Shown here piece by piece: positions 1-28,964 of a stretch of 64,000 nt of DNA. Made by a program: the position numbers and the translations under genes. Position 1 is the stretch's first letter. Each line of letters begins with the position of its first letter. Under the pieces are notes generated by a model, which saw nothing but the letters and a program-made list of their open reading frames with translations, made no database searches and had not been told where the DNA came from. Origin of the DNA: Eledone cirrhosa (lineage: Eukaryota); contig OZ024762.1 of assembly GCA_964016885.1 (NCBI GenBank), forward strand, positions 8,370,001 to 8,434,000, given 5' to 3'.

Positions 1-149
1 AATATTTTAGTTTCCACTTTTTGAGGATATCTAATAGAATTTCCCTAAATTTTATCAGTTCTAATACTTCATCAATGGTTTTATATTCTGTTCATGATAT
101 TCTCAGAATTCTTCAATATACTCACATGTGGGTGACCTATAATGATAGG

Positions 150-427
150 TGGAAGAGCGTGGCCTACTGGTAAGGGTGCTGGACTTACGATGATAATGTC
201 ATGATATTCCTGGGCTAGATTCTGTGTTGTGTTCTTGAGAAAAACATGTCATTTCATGTTGCTCCTGTATACTCAGCTGAAAATGAGTACCAGCTATAGT
301 TGGGGGTTTAACCCTGCGATAGACTGGCATCCTGTCCAGGGGAGAGTCTTGTACTCTCAGTCACTTCATGCCATCAAACCGGGATAAGCACCGGCCTAAT
401 GAGCCTTCTGGCTTAAGACAGACTTCA
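150..427 (+). mobile_element. CORE-SINE family B (different tail)
   Basis: tRNA-like head, CORE, tail aaaccgggataagcaccggcctaatgagccttctggcttaagacagactt; second copy 34626-34905. Confidence 0.8.
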
Positions 428-949
428 GATATAAATATAGAGGCAGTAAATTGGCAGAATTGTTAGAATGTCAGATAGAATGCTTTATGGTATTCGTTCC
501 AGCTCTCTGCACTCAGTTCAAATTCCACTAAGGTCCACTTTGTCTTTCATCCTTTTGAGATCGATACAAGAAGTACTGGGGTGGATTCTTCATCTATATC
601 TCTTTCTCATTTCCTCTCTGTCACTTTCTATCATTCTGTGGAAGAGATCTGTTGTACTCAGGCCTGGAGAGGGATGGGCTTTGATAGGCTTTAAATACCC
701 AAGAAACTTTATCAGGTGTTACAGAACCATACATATATCCATATATACATCTAATGATAGCTCTGTTGATCTATCATTGATTCTATTTTGGTTGAGGCTG
801 CAGGATGATGATGATGATGATGATGATATGCCCATGTCTCAACTGTTTCAATCCCCCCCCCCCCCCCCAAAAAAAAACAATTACCATTATCTTCAATGAA
901 TCATACATCCTTTATTGCAGCCCCTTCCTTATATACAAGTAACTCATAA

Positions 950-1320
950 CATTTATCCCTTAACCCTTTCACTACCTATTTATAATAAAAGACACTGTCT
1001 ATGTCATTACCATATTTCTAATAAGACACTACCTATGTTATTAACCCTTTCATTACCATATTTCTAATAAAAGACACTGTCTATGTCATTAACCCTTTCA
1101 TTACCATATTTCTAATAAAAGACACTGTCTATGTCATTAACCCTTTCATTACCATATTTCTAATAAAAGACACTGTCTATGTCATTAACCCTTTCATTAC
1201 CATATTTCTAATAAGACACTGCCTATGTCATTAACCCTTTCACTACCATATTTCTAATGAAAGACACTGTCTATGTCATTAATCTTTTCATTACCATATT
1301 TCTAATGAGACACTGCCTAT
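950..1320 (+). repeat. ~47-bp minisatellite beginning TTAACCCTTTC
   Basis: ttaaccctttcattaccatatttctaataaaagacactgtctatgtca repeated; reverse-complement array at 40857-41125. Confidence 0.9.
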
Positions 1321-1375
1321 GAAATTCCTTTTAACTTATCAAACTTACCATTTCTTCCTTCTTTTTCTTCTTCAG

Positions 1376-16735
<15,360 letters not shown>

Positions 16736-16794
16736 ATAAAAAATGCTGAATATTAAATATGTAACTATTTCTTTTACACTTGTCTGTTATAAAC

Positions 16795-17555
16795 TGAACC
16801 TTTGTTATACAATTATAAAGCTACTCCTTATTACATAATTATAACCCATTGTTATTATATAATTACAAATCTACCCGTTGTTATATGATTATAACCCATC
16901 CTTGTTATACAATTACAAAGCTACCTCTTATTATATATTTACAACCCATCCTTTGTTATGTAATAATTATGACCCAAAACTTTGTCAAATGATTATTTTC
17001 AAACCAACTTTTGTTATATAATAATTATAACCCAAGTTTTGTTATATAATAATTATACCCCTAGTTTTGTTATATAATAATTATATCCCACGTTTATTTC
17101 ATATAATAATTATACCCCAAGTTTTATTATATAATAATTATACCCCGAGTTTTGTTATATAATAATTATATCCAAAGTTTTGTTATATAATAATTATACC
17201 CCAAATTTTGTTATATAATACTTATACCCCAAGTTTTGTTATATAATAATTATATCCCAAGTTTTGTTATATAATAATTATATCCCAAGTTTTGTTATAT
17301 AATAATTATATCCCAAGTTGTGTTATATAATAATTATACCCCAAATTTTGTTATATAATAATTATATCCTAAGTTTTGTTATATAATAATTAAACCCCAA
17401 GTTTTGTTATATAATAATTATACCCCAAGTTTTGTTATATAATAATTATACCCCAAACTTTGTTATATAATAATTATACCCCAAGTTTTGTTATATAATA
17501 ATTATACCCCTAACTTTGTTATATAATTATATAATTTGTTATATAATTATATAAT
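16795..17555. repeat. ~29-bp AT-rich minisatellite
   Basis: ttttgttatataataattataccccaag units. Confidence 0.9.
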
Positions 17556-17846
17556 ATGATATATACCATATTTCCTAAAATAAGTCTCAAAAATCTACCA
17601 TGTGTCCATGCAAAGCATGGCGTCCAGCCCTCTACCGATACTGCAAATCCAGTCATATCTTGGCCCTACAAACTCTAAACTTTTATTATCTATATAATAG
17701 TCATATCTTAGCCCTATAAACCCTAAACTTTTATTATCCATACAATAATCATATGATGACCCCCACAAACTTAAATAATTATCCATTTTAAATTTTCTTT
17801 CTTCAATCTGTTAAATATTTTTATATTTTCCTTTTTCTTCTTTCAG

Positions 17847-17853
17847 AGATTAA
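17847..17853 (+). CDS. MFSD1: MFSD1 candidate last exon B (GD*), 3' UTR to ~18885
   Basis: strong pyrimidine tract ttttcctttttcttctttcag, phase-2 compatible; ATTAAA at ~18862 followed by a GT/T-rich tract. Confidence 0.55.
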
Positions 17854-18114
17854 TTCAGGGTAAAAATGGTGGACATTAAAGAAAAGTAGAAAAAAAAAAA
17901 AATGCAATGAAAAAACAACAAAATTCACTTTTACCTGACATCAACATTATTATTATTTTTTTATTTTTATCATTTTTTTTATTTTGCAAACAAAACAAAA
18001 AATTGCATGAAAAAAATTTCTGAGAAATCATGACATAAACCTGTGTGTGAGTTTATTTGTGTGTGTGTATATATATATATATGTGTGTGTATGGATATCT
18101 CTATATATATAGCT

Positions 18115-18185
<71 letters not shown>

Positions 18186-18678
18186 GAAGATGAAGAACTT
18201 GAGTAAAAAAAAAAAGTCAGAAATCTGAAAAAAGCTGTGAAATTTTTAATTTTTTTTAAAGGTAAAAAAAAACGAAACAAAATGGTTGTGCTTGAACCTT
18301 ATATACATACACACATAATATACATATATATTAATGTATATATATATATTGATGTATATATTTTTATACATTGATATATATATATATATATACTGATGTA
18401 TATATTTTTATATATTGATATATTTATTAATGTATATATTTATATATATATATATATATATTGATGTATATATTTTTATATATTTATATATATATATATT
18501 GATATATATATATATTGATGTATATATTTTTATATGTTATATATATATATATTTATATATGTGGGTGTGTTGATTAGCTGCTATGATTTGTTAATATTTT
18601 ATACATTTTTGGGCTATGTATGTTGAAAGTATATATATATATATACACATATACTAAAAATATACACCCACACACATA

Positions 18679-18709
<31 letters not shown>

Positions 18710-19094
18710 AGTTTTATATATAAATATATAGTTGTATTATGTGTCATGTAAATGATATGTGTCTGTATATAATGAAATACCTTTTATAATTATATGTATA
18801 TATAAAGAACTAAGTGGAGAAAGGAACAACAAATATAATCACGTCACCTTTTCCTGATTCCATTAAATCTTTTAATCTCTAAATTATGTTGTTATTGTTA
18901 ATTTAATTTATTTATCAGTTGTTCCCCAATATTCGCGGGGTTTACATTCCTAAAGTACCCACAAAGAGTGAAAAACTGTGAATATTAGATGTGGTCCATA
19001 AAAATGCCTATAAAGTCAAAATATAATATAAAAAGAGGGTACGTCTTATGCGAAGGGGCATCCTATAGGCTGGAAAATACGGTATATTCACCAT

Positions 19095-19630
19095 CATCAT
19101 TATCATCACCATCATCATCACCGTTTTGCGTCCACTCTTCCACGCTAGCATGGATTAGACGGGTTGTCCTGTTGTAGGCAATGCTAGGTTGGGTGACCTT
19201 GTCTTGCTCATATGGGAACTGATTTTGGCTTGATTTCTAGATGCCCTTCCTAACACCAACCTCATTTACAGTGAGTATTGGGTGCCTTTTTTTTACCATG
19301 GCACCTACACGACCACTGTTACAGTGTGGGCTGGGTGCTTTTTTTTGTCGTGGCACCTCCACGACCACTTTGCAGTGGGAGGGATGGCAGCATATTGTCT
19401 ATATGCTTCAGCTTCGGCTTGTACCTGTGGGAAGTCAGGTCTTCTGTATTACTGCGTGACGCCAGAGGCCACAGGCCTGTGTCATCACCTTTGAGAGGTG
19501 CAATTGGGTAAGGTCAACTTTTATCACCTCATCCCAGGTCTTCTTGGGTCTCCCCACTCCAAGGCTTCCATCGACTTTTAGTGCTTTGCACCTTTTTATG
19601 CCGTTGTCATCCTTCATATGCATCACATGT
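19095..19630 (-). mobile_element. RTE 3' fragment with UTR/tail
   Basis: ORF 19435..19626 (VGRPKKTWDEVIKVDLTQLHL) resembles the RTE C-terminus; followed by the shared tail. Confidence 0.8.
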
Positions 19631-19767
19631 CCAGCTGTGTTATTAATAATTTAGGGGTAAAAAAATATATATTGCCACGAAAAAAGACATTAAAAAATCG
19701 CGGAATAAGGAAAAGGAAAGACTGATAAGGCTTGGCACCTGTGTCATTGTAACTCTTATGTACATCA

Positions 19768-20200
19768 TCTATGGCAACTGACTTGGTAAACACCCACAAA
19801 ATTGTTAACCATGTTGCCAACAACAACCCTGTGTACCTTTTTGATTTCCATGTGTCTAACACACATGGGCATGCCCACAAAGTCAGAAAACTACAGTTCC
19901 CATGACTTTCGGAAACATTTTTTTCACGCTCAGAGTTGCTGAAGCATGGCACAAACTACCTGCATCGGTTGTTAGCTGTCGAGACACTGCATCCTTTAAG
20001 GCCTCCATGTTTCCCGAGATTCGCCAACACTACACCTAATGTTCCCCCTCCATACACATACACACATGTATATCATGACTCATACACTATTCACTTCCCT
20101 GACATTTGTGTATTATTCTATGTACCTTTGATGAGTTGTAGTGCACCTGAGCACTTTACACAATAATTTCATTATTATTATTATTATTATTATTATATTA
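19768..20200 (+). mobile_element. 3' fragment of the same CR1 family
   Basis: Reverse-complement similarity to 4100-4650, ending ...tacacaataatttc(ATT)n. Confidence 0.85.
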
Positions 20201-20214
20201 TTATATTAAAGAGC

Positions 20215-20415
20215 GGTGGATTGGCAGAATTGGGTAGAGGGTTGGACATGCTTTCCAGCATTGTTACGTCCCTTTACGATCTGAGTTCAAATCCTGCCAA
20301 GGTTAACTTTGCCTTTCATCCTTACGGGGTCGATAAAAATAAAGTACCAGTAATACACTGGGTAATTGCTGGCCTTGTGCCTAACGTAGAAACAATTATT
20401 ATTATTATTATTATA
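20215..20415 (+). mobile_element. tRNA-SINE family C
   Basis: Full head-to-(ATT)n copy. Confidence 0.8.
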
Positions 20416-20461
20416 TATGACGTCAACTGGGAAAGGCAAAGGCTTCTACAGTTTGGTACCA

Positions 20462-20718
20462 GTGATGTCACCACTCTTCATTTCTACGACTGAGTTGTGT
20501 CTCCCAGAGACCAGTGCTTGTCCTTAGGGCTCCAATATATGACATCCTGGGTCTCCCTCTTCCAGTGTTTCCATGTAGGGGTTCCCACAGGACCACTGAA
20601 TGCAGGGTCAACTCTGAATGTCGGTGAGCATGTCCAGCTAACCTCAGTCTCCCCTGTGTCACATTCGAGCTGACTTTTGGGAGACTCCTGTACAGCTCTA
20701 AGTTCTTCATCCTCAGCG
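20462..20718 (-). mobile_element. RTE-like LINE 3' coding fragment
   Basis: RLRLAGHAHRHSELTLHSVVLWEPLHGNTGRGRPRMSYI in ORF 20468..20773. Confidence 0.75.
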
Positions 20719-20754
20719 TATAAATATATACACACACATATATATGTATGTATG

Positions 20755-20788
<34 letters not shown>

Positions 20789-20958
20789 CCTGTTGAAAAG
20801 GCCAGAGCTCAGCCGTCGGGGGGTCCTGACTCTTTCCCCTTACCCACTCTACTACCCTAAGTATTGAGTACTCTGGTGCATTATGGTCCACCTGGTATCG
20901 TACCACACCTTTGTCATATATATATATGTATATATGTTTATATATATATATATATGTT

Positions 20959-20991
<33 letters not shown>

Positions 20992-20992
20992 G

Positions 20993-21025
<33 letters not shown>

Positions 21026-21215
21026 ATATTTGGGGAGGGTCATATTTGCGTAATATTGCCAGAATTAATAACAGAACACACTCACTGTTTGGTTGGTTTT
21101 CGCTTCTCGCTGTCTTTTATATATATAAATCTGCGATCTAACTTACTCGGTCCTCAATGTTGCCATTGACTGACCGGCGGTCAAAAATAATACAGATACA
21201 ATATAGACAAACACA

Positions 21216-21272
21216 TATATATATAGTTTACATAAATCTTTCGTTGCACATCTGCAACATCGTCAGTGGTGT
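21216..21272 (-). ncRNA. Hammerhead-like core in the PLE 3' region
   Basis: CTGACGA-t-GTTGCAgatgTGCAAC-GAAA-G..C-TA; stem I is poor. Confidence 0.45.
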
Positions 21273-21544
21273 TATATTCATTGTTCCTCCTGTTGTGTTG
21301 TATGTCTACGCCATTTTTTTTTGTTCAGTCTGTCTATATATTTATTTATTTATTTGCTTGTTTGTTTATCTTATTTTATTTTGTCTTCTTTGCGCATGCG
21401 TTTGCGTGTGTGTATAGTGTTATGTGTGATGTGTGATGTGTGACTAGTGTGTATAGTGTTGTCTGCTGGGTGACTAGTGTGTGTTTATGTGCTTGTGTAT
21501 GTATTTATTTATCTTATTTTATTTAATTTAATTTACTTATTTAT

Positions 21545-23876
21545 TTATACTTCTCTTAGGTCAGTGTTGTTTGTTTGGGTGTTGTTGTTGTTCCACTCAT
21601 TCTTTCTGTTTAGCTTTGGTCTTCTAATTTCTATTTCACTGGCCTCTCTGATTTGCCTATCTGCTGGGTCATTCCTATGTTTAGATATTATTCTAATTTC
21701 TATGTTGTCTATGTTACCGTCATGGTGTTGTCTAGCATGTTCGTATAGTACTGACCCGTTTTTTCGTCCTTTTAGTTCCCCCCAGTGTTGGTCTATCCTT
21801 TCACCTATGCTACGAGCTGTCTCACCTATGTATGTTGTTGTCGTGTTTCTGCAAGTACCCTCTGTACATCTTATGCTATAGACTACGTTTCTAGTTTTAC
21901 AGTTTATCCGGGGGTTCACCTTACATATGATACATTTCCTATTGGTACAGTGGGTTTTCTTAAAAGGGTAGGTTTTGCTGATCAGGGATTTTATGGTGGT
22001 TCCTGGCTTTTCTACCACCTTTATTTTTAAGTGGGTCTTTCTCAGGGCCTTTCTACACTGGTTAGCTAATTTCCCTCCAGGGGTGGCGTCCACAAACATG
22101 ACACTCTGATATCTCTGGTTGTCGTACCATGATGTGGCCTTCCCTATCTTATGTCTAGCCCTATCTAAGCTATTCCATGATTTGCTCCTGTATAGTGGGC
22201 AAATTCCTTTCATGTCCAGTTCTATGAGGGTCTTATACTTTTCCATGGCTCCTTCGTATACTCTGACTCTGTCTCTTTGGTTGTAGCCAGAGAACTGCAT
22301 GCGGTTGATGAAGTGTTGGATGTGTCCTTCCATTTCTGTTGGGTCGCACATGCTGGACACATTCTTCATCACTCGTACCAAATCTGCGATCAGAATATTA
22401 AACTTAGCACTACTGGACATTGCTGAGTTTTTGAGTATCAGGTATTTGGAGGCCATGGGTTTAGCATAGTGTGAGTGGAGAATTTGGGCTCTCTCGTCTA
22501 TAGTGTTAATCCAGAGTTCTGTGTCTAATACAGGTAGTCTATTGTTAGGGTGTTTGGAAGGGAAGTCTATAGTTACAGTTATACTCTGGTGTATGGAATT
22601 AGCTATCTGCTGGATGCTTTCCATCGTGCTACGTTCTAAATCAAACTTGTTAGTGCTCTCTAGTGGGGGTGTTCTTATAACTATATTGATATCGTCTACA
22701 TAACGAGAGTACATGATGAGGTCTATGGAGCTTTCATTAAGGAGATCTTTAAGTCTCCTTTCCCACCATACCATGAAAAGGTTGGCAACATCGCCAGCTA
22801 TGCTGACGCCGATGGCTGCTCCCTCATTTTGGGTGTAGATTTTCTCATTGAACTTAAATATGTGGCCCTTTAGGGTAGTTTTGATACTAGCCCCTATTGC
22901 ATGTGCGACCATTTTTCTTACCTGATCAGTGTTTTGGGGGGTCCGTATAGCTTTGGTCCACCCAATCCACCTTCCTATGGGAGTCTTTTTAGCCATTGAG
23001 GTTATGGTGGGGGGTCTACCTCTTATAGGTCTACTAGGGCAGAAACATCTAAGGTCATGGCTGTCTAGGTAGTCAGTGTCGTAGGTAAGTCTAAGTAGGA
23101 GGCCCAGTTCGTCTGTGTCGACGTCGCAGAACTCCACCTCACTCTCAATGATCATCTCCACACATCTTTTCACAGCAAAATCAATGTTAATGGATGGGTA
23201 CAGTGACACCACATCCATGCTGCCTATTATGCAGTTGGATAGGCTCCTGTTTTTGTTGCACTCACTGATTCTGCTGAGGAGGTCCTCTGTACTTTCACAT
23301 ACATCTGGGGACATCTTGATTATGGGGCGTATAACCATTGAGAGGAAGTAGGAGATCCTGTAGTTGCTAGCTATATTAGCTCCGCATACAGGTCTTGTTG
23401 GTGGTCCTATTGTCGGGTCGTCGACTGTCTTGTGGTCTTTGCGGAGCCCATACAAGGGTGGTATGCCATTGTTAGACGCCTGGAAGTTGTTGGCAGTGCG
23501 TCTGCTTGGCTTTAGGATGTCAGTCCACATCATCATGTGAGCGTTGAGGATTTTTTCTCTCCCATCGTGTGTTAGTTGTGCAACTTCGCTCGTGTTGGTG
23601 ATGTGGGGTTGCATTGCCTCGATGTAGTTCGGCATGCTATCTATTGACATCCTACCAGACTTATCTGTGGGTAGACACACTACCTCACCATCCCTTGTGC
23701 GCTGCTTGAGGCTAACCAAGCCTTCTACAGGTTTTATCCCAAGTTGTTGGGCCTCTGGTCTGCTCTGTCTCATAGTGTACCTGTCTACTACTTGTCTAAT
23801 CTTATTTCTAGCTATGGTGAACTGTGCCTCCGTCTCGTCATCTATTTGTTGTGGTATGCAAACTAATTCATCGCCG

Positions 23877-23877
<1 letters not shown>
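21545..23877 (-). CDS. PLE polyprotein: reverse transcriptase + Cys-rich linker + GIY-YIG endonuclease
   Basis: ORF 21545..23773 stays open upstream to the microsatellite. Motifs: [48 protein letters not shown], CxxxxCxx[10 protein letters not shown]...YIGETAR..ER..QH, IREA, LN. Confidence 0.9.
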
Positions 23878-23959
<82 letters not shown>

Positions 23960-24016
23960 TATATATATATATATATATATATATATGTTTATATATATAT
24001 ATATATATATATATAT

Positions 24017-24097
<81 letters not shown>

Positions 24098-24540
24098 TAT
24101 ATATATATATATGTTTATATATATATATATATGTTTATATATATATATGTATATATGTTTATATATATATATATGTATATATGTTTATATATATATATAT
24201 GTATATATGTTTATATATATATGTATATATGTTTATATATATATATATATATATGTTTATATATATATATGTATATATGTTTATATATATATATGTATAT
24301 ATGTTTATATATATATATATATATGTTTATATATATATATGTATATATGTTTATATATATATATATATGTATATATGTTTATATATATATATATGTATAT
24401 ATGTTTATATATATATATATATATGTTTATGTATATATGTTTATATATATATATATGTATATATGTTTATATATATATATATATATGTTTATATATATTT
24501 ATATATATATATGTTTATATATATATATATATGTATGTAT
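23878..24540. repeat. (TA)n microsatellite with TATGTT/TATG variants
   Basis: Direct inspection. Confidence 0.95.
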
Positions 24541-24615
24541 GTAAAAGGTAAACAGAAATAACAACACAATCGGTACAGTATATATTAGGTTAACGCTTGA
24601 AGTAGCAGGAAGAGG

Positions 24616-24653
24616 GCATTAACGTTTCGGATGCTAGACCTTCATCAGAAGAA
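24616..24653 (-). ncRNA. Degenerate minimal hammerhead in a dispersed ~120-bp repeat (second copy 31277-31312)
   Basis: Two-copy consensus TCTT-CTGATGA-a-GGACtagtGTCC-GAAA-CG-TT-AAGA. Confidence 0.5.
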
Positions 24654-24747
24654 AGAATGAGAAATGTAAAAATGACAAAACTAAACTCAGTGAATTTAAT
24701 GTTTATTTTGTTTTTATTTGTTTATTTAAAAAAATTCAACCAATAAA

Positions 24748-24785
<38 letters not shown>

Positions 24786-24984
24786 TACTAACAACATGCA
24801 CATATGTTCAGTAATGTACTGTCTGTTTTAGGGTCTTTGAGACTTGGCAGGCAGCTGAATATCTAGTAATCATGGTAGTTACTAGGTAAACCATGAGTTA
24901 TAATAATAATAGGCATAACAACAATAGAACAACATCAACACAGAAGGGAAGAAGACAACATTGGACAATAAAGGTGTTTCTACT

Positions 24985-25370
24985 ATCATTATCATCATCG
25001 TCATCATAACACCACCACTACCAACTTTATCACCGTCACCATCACTAACACCATCATCATCACTAACACCATCATCATCGTCATCACCATCGCCATTATC
25101 ATCATCACCACCACCATCATCATCATCGTCTCCAACATCACCATCGTCAACACCACCATCATTACGGCCATCGTTGTCGTCACCACCACCATCACCGCCG
25201 CCGCCACCATCATCATCATCGTCCCCAGCATCACCATCGTCAACGCCACCAGCACCACCATCATTTTTCTCGTCACCACCATCATCACCACCACCACAAC
25301 CTTCAACCTTCCATATCAATACCATCATCATCATCCTATTATACAATATCATTATCATCGTCATCACCTT
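24985..25370. repeat. (CAT/CAC)n trinucleotide tract
   Basis: Direct inspection. Confidence 0.9.
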
Positions 25371-26114
25371 CCCTTTATACAACACGAACATCACAACCAA
25401 AGTGGTTAACAATAATAACACAACATATAGTGTCTAATGATTAATTAATTATCACCAGACAATTAGCACCAATTACAGTTAATTAAACCGTATAAATTCC
25501 AACAATGGAATAAATGTGTGTGTGTGTGTATGTGTGCAGCTAAATATGCATCTATTAATTGCCTTCTGGGTAAAATAAAAATTTTTTTTATAATTATAAC
25601 ATTTTCATATTTTAGGCTTAAATGTGAACATAATATATTTCCAAGCCATCTATTTTTTTAAATTTTAAATAAAATATTATTTTATTGAAAGATGTGAAAG
25701 TTTGACTTCATTAAGTAGTAAAAATAAGATGGCGACCCTTGATTAAGACCAGACGACAACAAATAATGGTGATTATATTGATATTATTTTATAATCTTTT
25801 ATTTTTGTCAGTCAGTATATCGATCTCATTACTTATTTTTTCAAGTCTGACACCTATTTTATTAATATTGTTTTATCGAACCGCTAAGTTACACGACATA
25901 AACATAGACAGACTTGCACATACCTACAGACACCCCATTTAGCTCAATGGTTTAGAGTACTCAGTAGAAATTTGAAAGATACACAGTTCGATTTTTCGTA
26001 GCAGTCGTTGACAACTTTCTTCCTTCTATAAAGGATATTTTACCAGATTTTCTAAGATATCATTTATAGCAATCGATTGTGGTAACAGATATTTTTTGCG
26101 TTTGAGATTTCTAC

Positions 26115-26159
<45 letters not shown>

Positions 26160-27382
26160 CGTTATGTATTTCCGTAGAAAAGATAATGGAAAGAAGAGTG
26201 CTCTATGTGTAGCACAGAGTTATTTAATTACACAAACAACACAATATAATTATTCCATTACCAAAGGTTTCAGGAAACTAGACGATCTTAACAGAACCGC
26301 CCGGTAGAGCGTATTATGTAAATAAAAAAAATTATATATATACATATATATATATATTCATTTTTATTAAGGCTGAATATTGAGTCTTGTTACTCTGGAG
26401 TTTCGTCTGTTTATCGCAGGGTCCATTATAGTGATAAACGGACGAACCTGCAGAGTAACAAGGCTCGCTTATTTAGCCTTAATAAAATGAATATTTGAAC
26501 TCAACTTCGGTATTGAGTACTCTTTCCTCTCAACCATCAACTATATACGGATATATATGTATGTATATTGTAGCAATATCCGCAGTTGTGAAAAGGAAAA
26601 CGGTGCTCAGACGTATAAGTGTCTGAAGAAAGGTCACTATTTTCATGCCTCTTGTATTCTGGAGGTATGGTCAGATTTGGGCCCTAAAACATTAGGTAGC
26701 ACCTTTATTCCGTGTAGGAACATAAATAAATAATTGTTTCTACTTTAGACATAAGGTCAGTCATTTGGAGGAGAGGGGAAAGTCGACGCCAGTACTTACT
26801 GGTACTTTATTTTATCGACCCCGTAAGGATGAAAGGCAAAGCTAAATAATATATATCAGAAAGGGTATGGTAAAATACCAGGTGGACCATAAACCCCCAG
26901 AATACTCAATACTTAGGGTAGTAGAGTGGGTAATATGAAAAGATTCCGGACCCCGACGGCCGAGCACCGGCCGTTTCGACAGCTAGATCCGGCGATTCAT
27001 TCGGATCCAGCTGTCGAAACGGCCGGTGCTCAGTCGTCGGGGTTCTGAATATTTTCATATATATATATAGGACACTAGTCAGCCCAAGTACAATAGAAAA
27101 TGACCCATATATCTGGTTGTATACTTTATATATTTTACCCACTTCAGTTAACATCAAGTAATGTTACATAAGTAAAAGTAACTATAATTCTATGTTACTC
27201 TCTATTGCGTGTTCCAGCCGACTGGCTGCGGCCATGCTGGGGCACCACCATTGATGCAAAAAAGGAGTTTGTTGATGTTGCTTTTATGTTGTTTATATAA
27301 ATTACGGTATTTTAAAAGTTCATTCTGTAGTGACTCCTGCGGATAGTGGTGTCATACAAGGCTTCTATCTCTCATCCAAATG

Positions 27383-27745
27383 TAAAATTGTAAAACTATC
27401 CGGTCTCTAACTACCAACCATTGACAATCCCGTCTTTTTTAACTCATACAATCGCTGTCAATCCATGTTATTATTATTTTTAATGACATTTTAACTGGTT
27501 GAGAGCAACCTCTCAACGGACGTTGGATGACATTAGGCCGGCACTGGTGATCTTACCTCTAACCGAAAGGTAAATTGTAAAGCCACCCGGTCTCTAACAA
27601 TCAACCATTGATAATCCTGTCTTTTTTAATTCATACAATCGCTGGTCAGCCATGTTGTTATTATTTTAATGACATTTAAACTGGTTGAGTGCTGCTTCTC
27701 AACCATCATTAATTGACATTAGGCTGACACCGGTGGTCTCCCTTG
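27383..27745. repeat. Diverged ~187-bp tandem duplication
   Basis: taaaattgtaaa..ccggtctctaac...ttaatgacatttaactggttgag occurs twice. Confidence 0.8.
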
Positions 27746-28592
27746 GACTATATTCTAATGAAAATATCAACACACGCAGATGTCTTTTGATCAGTTTTCC
27801 CCCCAGCTTTGTCGTCCTTACGCACTAAACCAGACATGGGCAACCTTTTGTGAGCTGTGGGCCGCAATCTGCTCATCACTGTACTAAATATTACACATCC
27901 AGTACATCATTCTCCATTCGTTTACACACACACGAATATATGTGTTTGTCTATATAAGTATATTTGCTAGCGCGTGTGTATGTGTATATATATATATATA
28001 TATACAAAAATACAGTAGAGAATTAAAATAATAGCATGTAATTGCCAGTTTTTAAGAAAACGAAATAGCTCAATGCATTTATATAATATATAACCCTTTA
28101 ACGTTTACATTACTCTCTATATACTATTGTATTTTCATAGTAAAGGCTTCATCTCACATAATTATTCCACATAATATTAAATCTATTTATTTAGTATGAG
28201 TGGTCATTTACAGCCGATTTGAACAAAAAGAGGTGAGAGAATTCTGGCCAGATGCAGCCTGTTTAAATGCTAAAGGGTTTGAAGAAAAGATATTAGCACT
28301 TGGACTAGGAGTCCATTCTATTAAAATCAGATAAGCTATTGTCGGAAAGTGAAAAAAAGAAACTCCTTCAGATGTATGATCCATCTTTGATTATCATGGG
28401 TGAGAAATACTATGGTGGCTGGATCATTAAACCATTTATATAAATTATTAGTCCCATAGTTAAAAATACAGTGGTGGACAGGAGCACAGTTTCACTGCTT
28501 GCCATAGGTGCTATTGTCTCTAGTTTACACCTCTCTATATATATATATGTATCATCATCATCATCATACGTCCACTTTTCCCTGCTTGCAAG

Positions 28593-28632
<40 letters not shown>

Positions 28633-28636
28633 CATC

Positions 28637-28678
<42 letters not shown>

Positions 28679-28964
28679 CATCATAATATATATATATGTA
28701 TATATATATATACATATATTATCATCATCATCATATATATACATATATGCATATACACCATCATATTTTATGTTTGTTTTTCCATTTTAGCATTGATTGC
28801 AGTAGAGGAACCTGTTTAACCATACAGTGAGTAACTCTGTGTTTTTTTTGTTCATGTTAGTTTTATGTTCTCTCTCTCTCCCCACACACACATCTTTTTT
28901 GGCATACATATATAGATACACACTGTTCTAGTTTACACACATGCAGACACACACATATATATTA

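Larger units (their letters stand above)
21021..23877 (-). mobile_element. Penelope-like element, 5'-truncated, with 3' pseudo-LTR region
   Basis: Contains the RT/GIY-YIG ORF plus ~520 bp 3' region with a hammerhead-like core; bounded on both sides by (TA)n with TATGTT variants. Confidence 0.88.

Noticed and set aside
23634-24561. YI-repeat ORFs here and throughout the window
   Set aside because: (TA)n microsatellites have no stop codons.
24882-25437. Asp/Gly- or Pro/Ser-rich ORFs
   Set aside because: Trinucleotide repeat translation with no supporting splice structure.
25722-25740. AAGATGGCG YY1-like or start-context motif
   Set aside because: Single short motif with no downstream exon found.
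26610-26700. CTGAAGA...AAAACATT hammerhead-like motif
   Set aside because: GAAA core and stems too degenerate to support.
27831-27870. hAT-like terminus cagacatgggcaacc
   Set aside because: No matching second TIR or TSD located.
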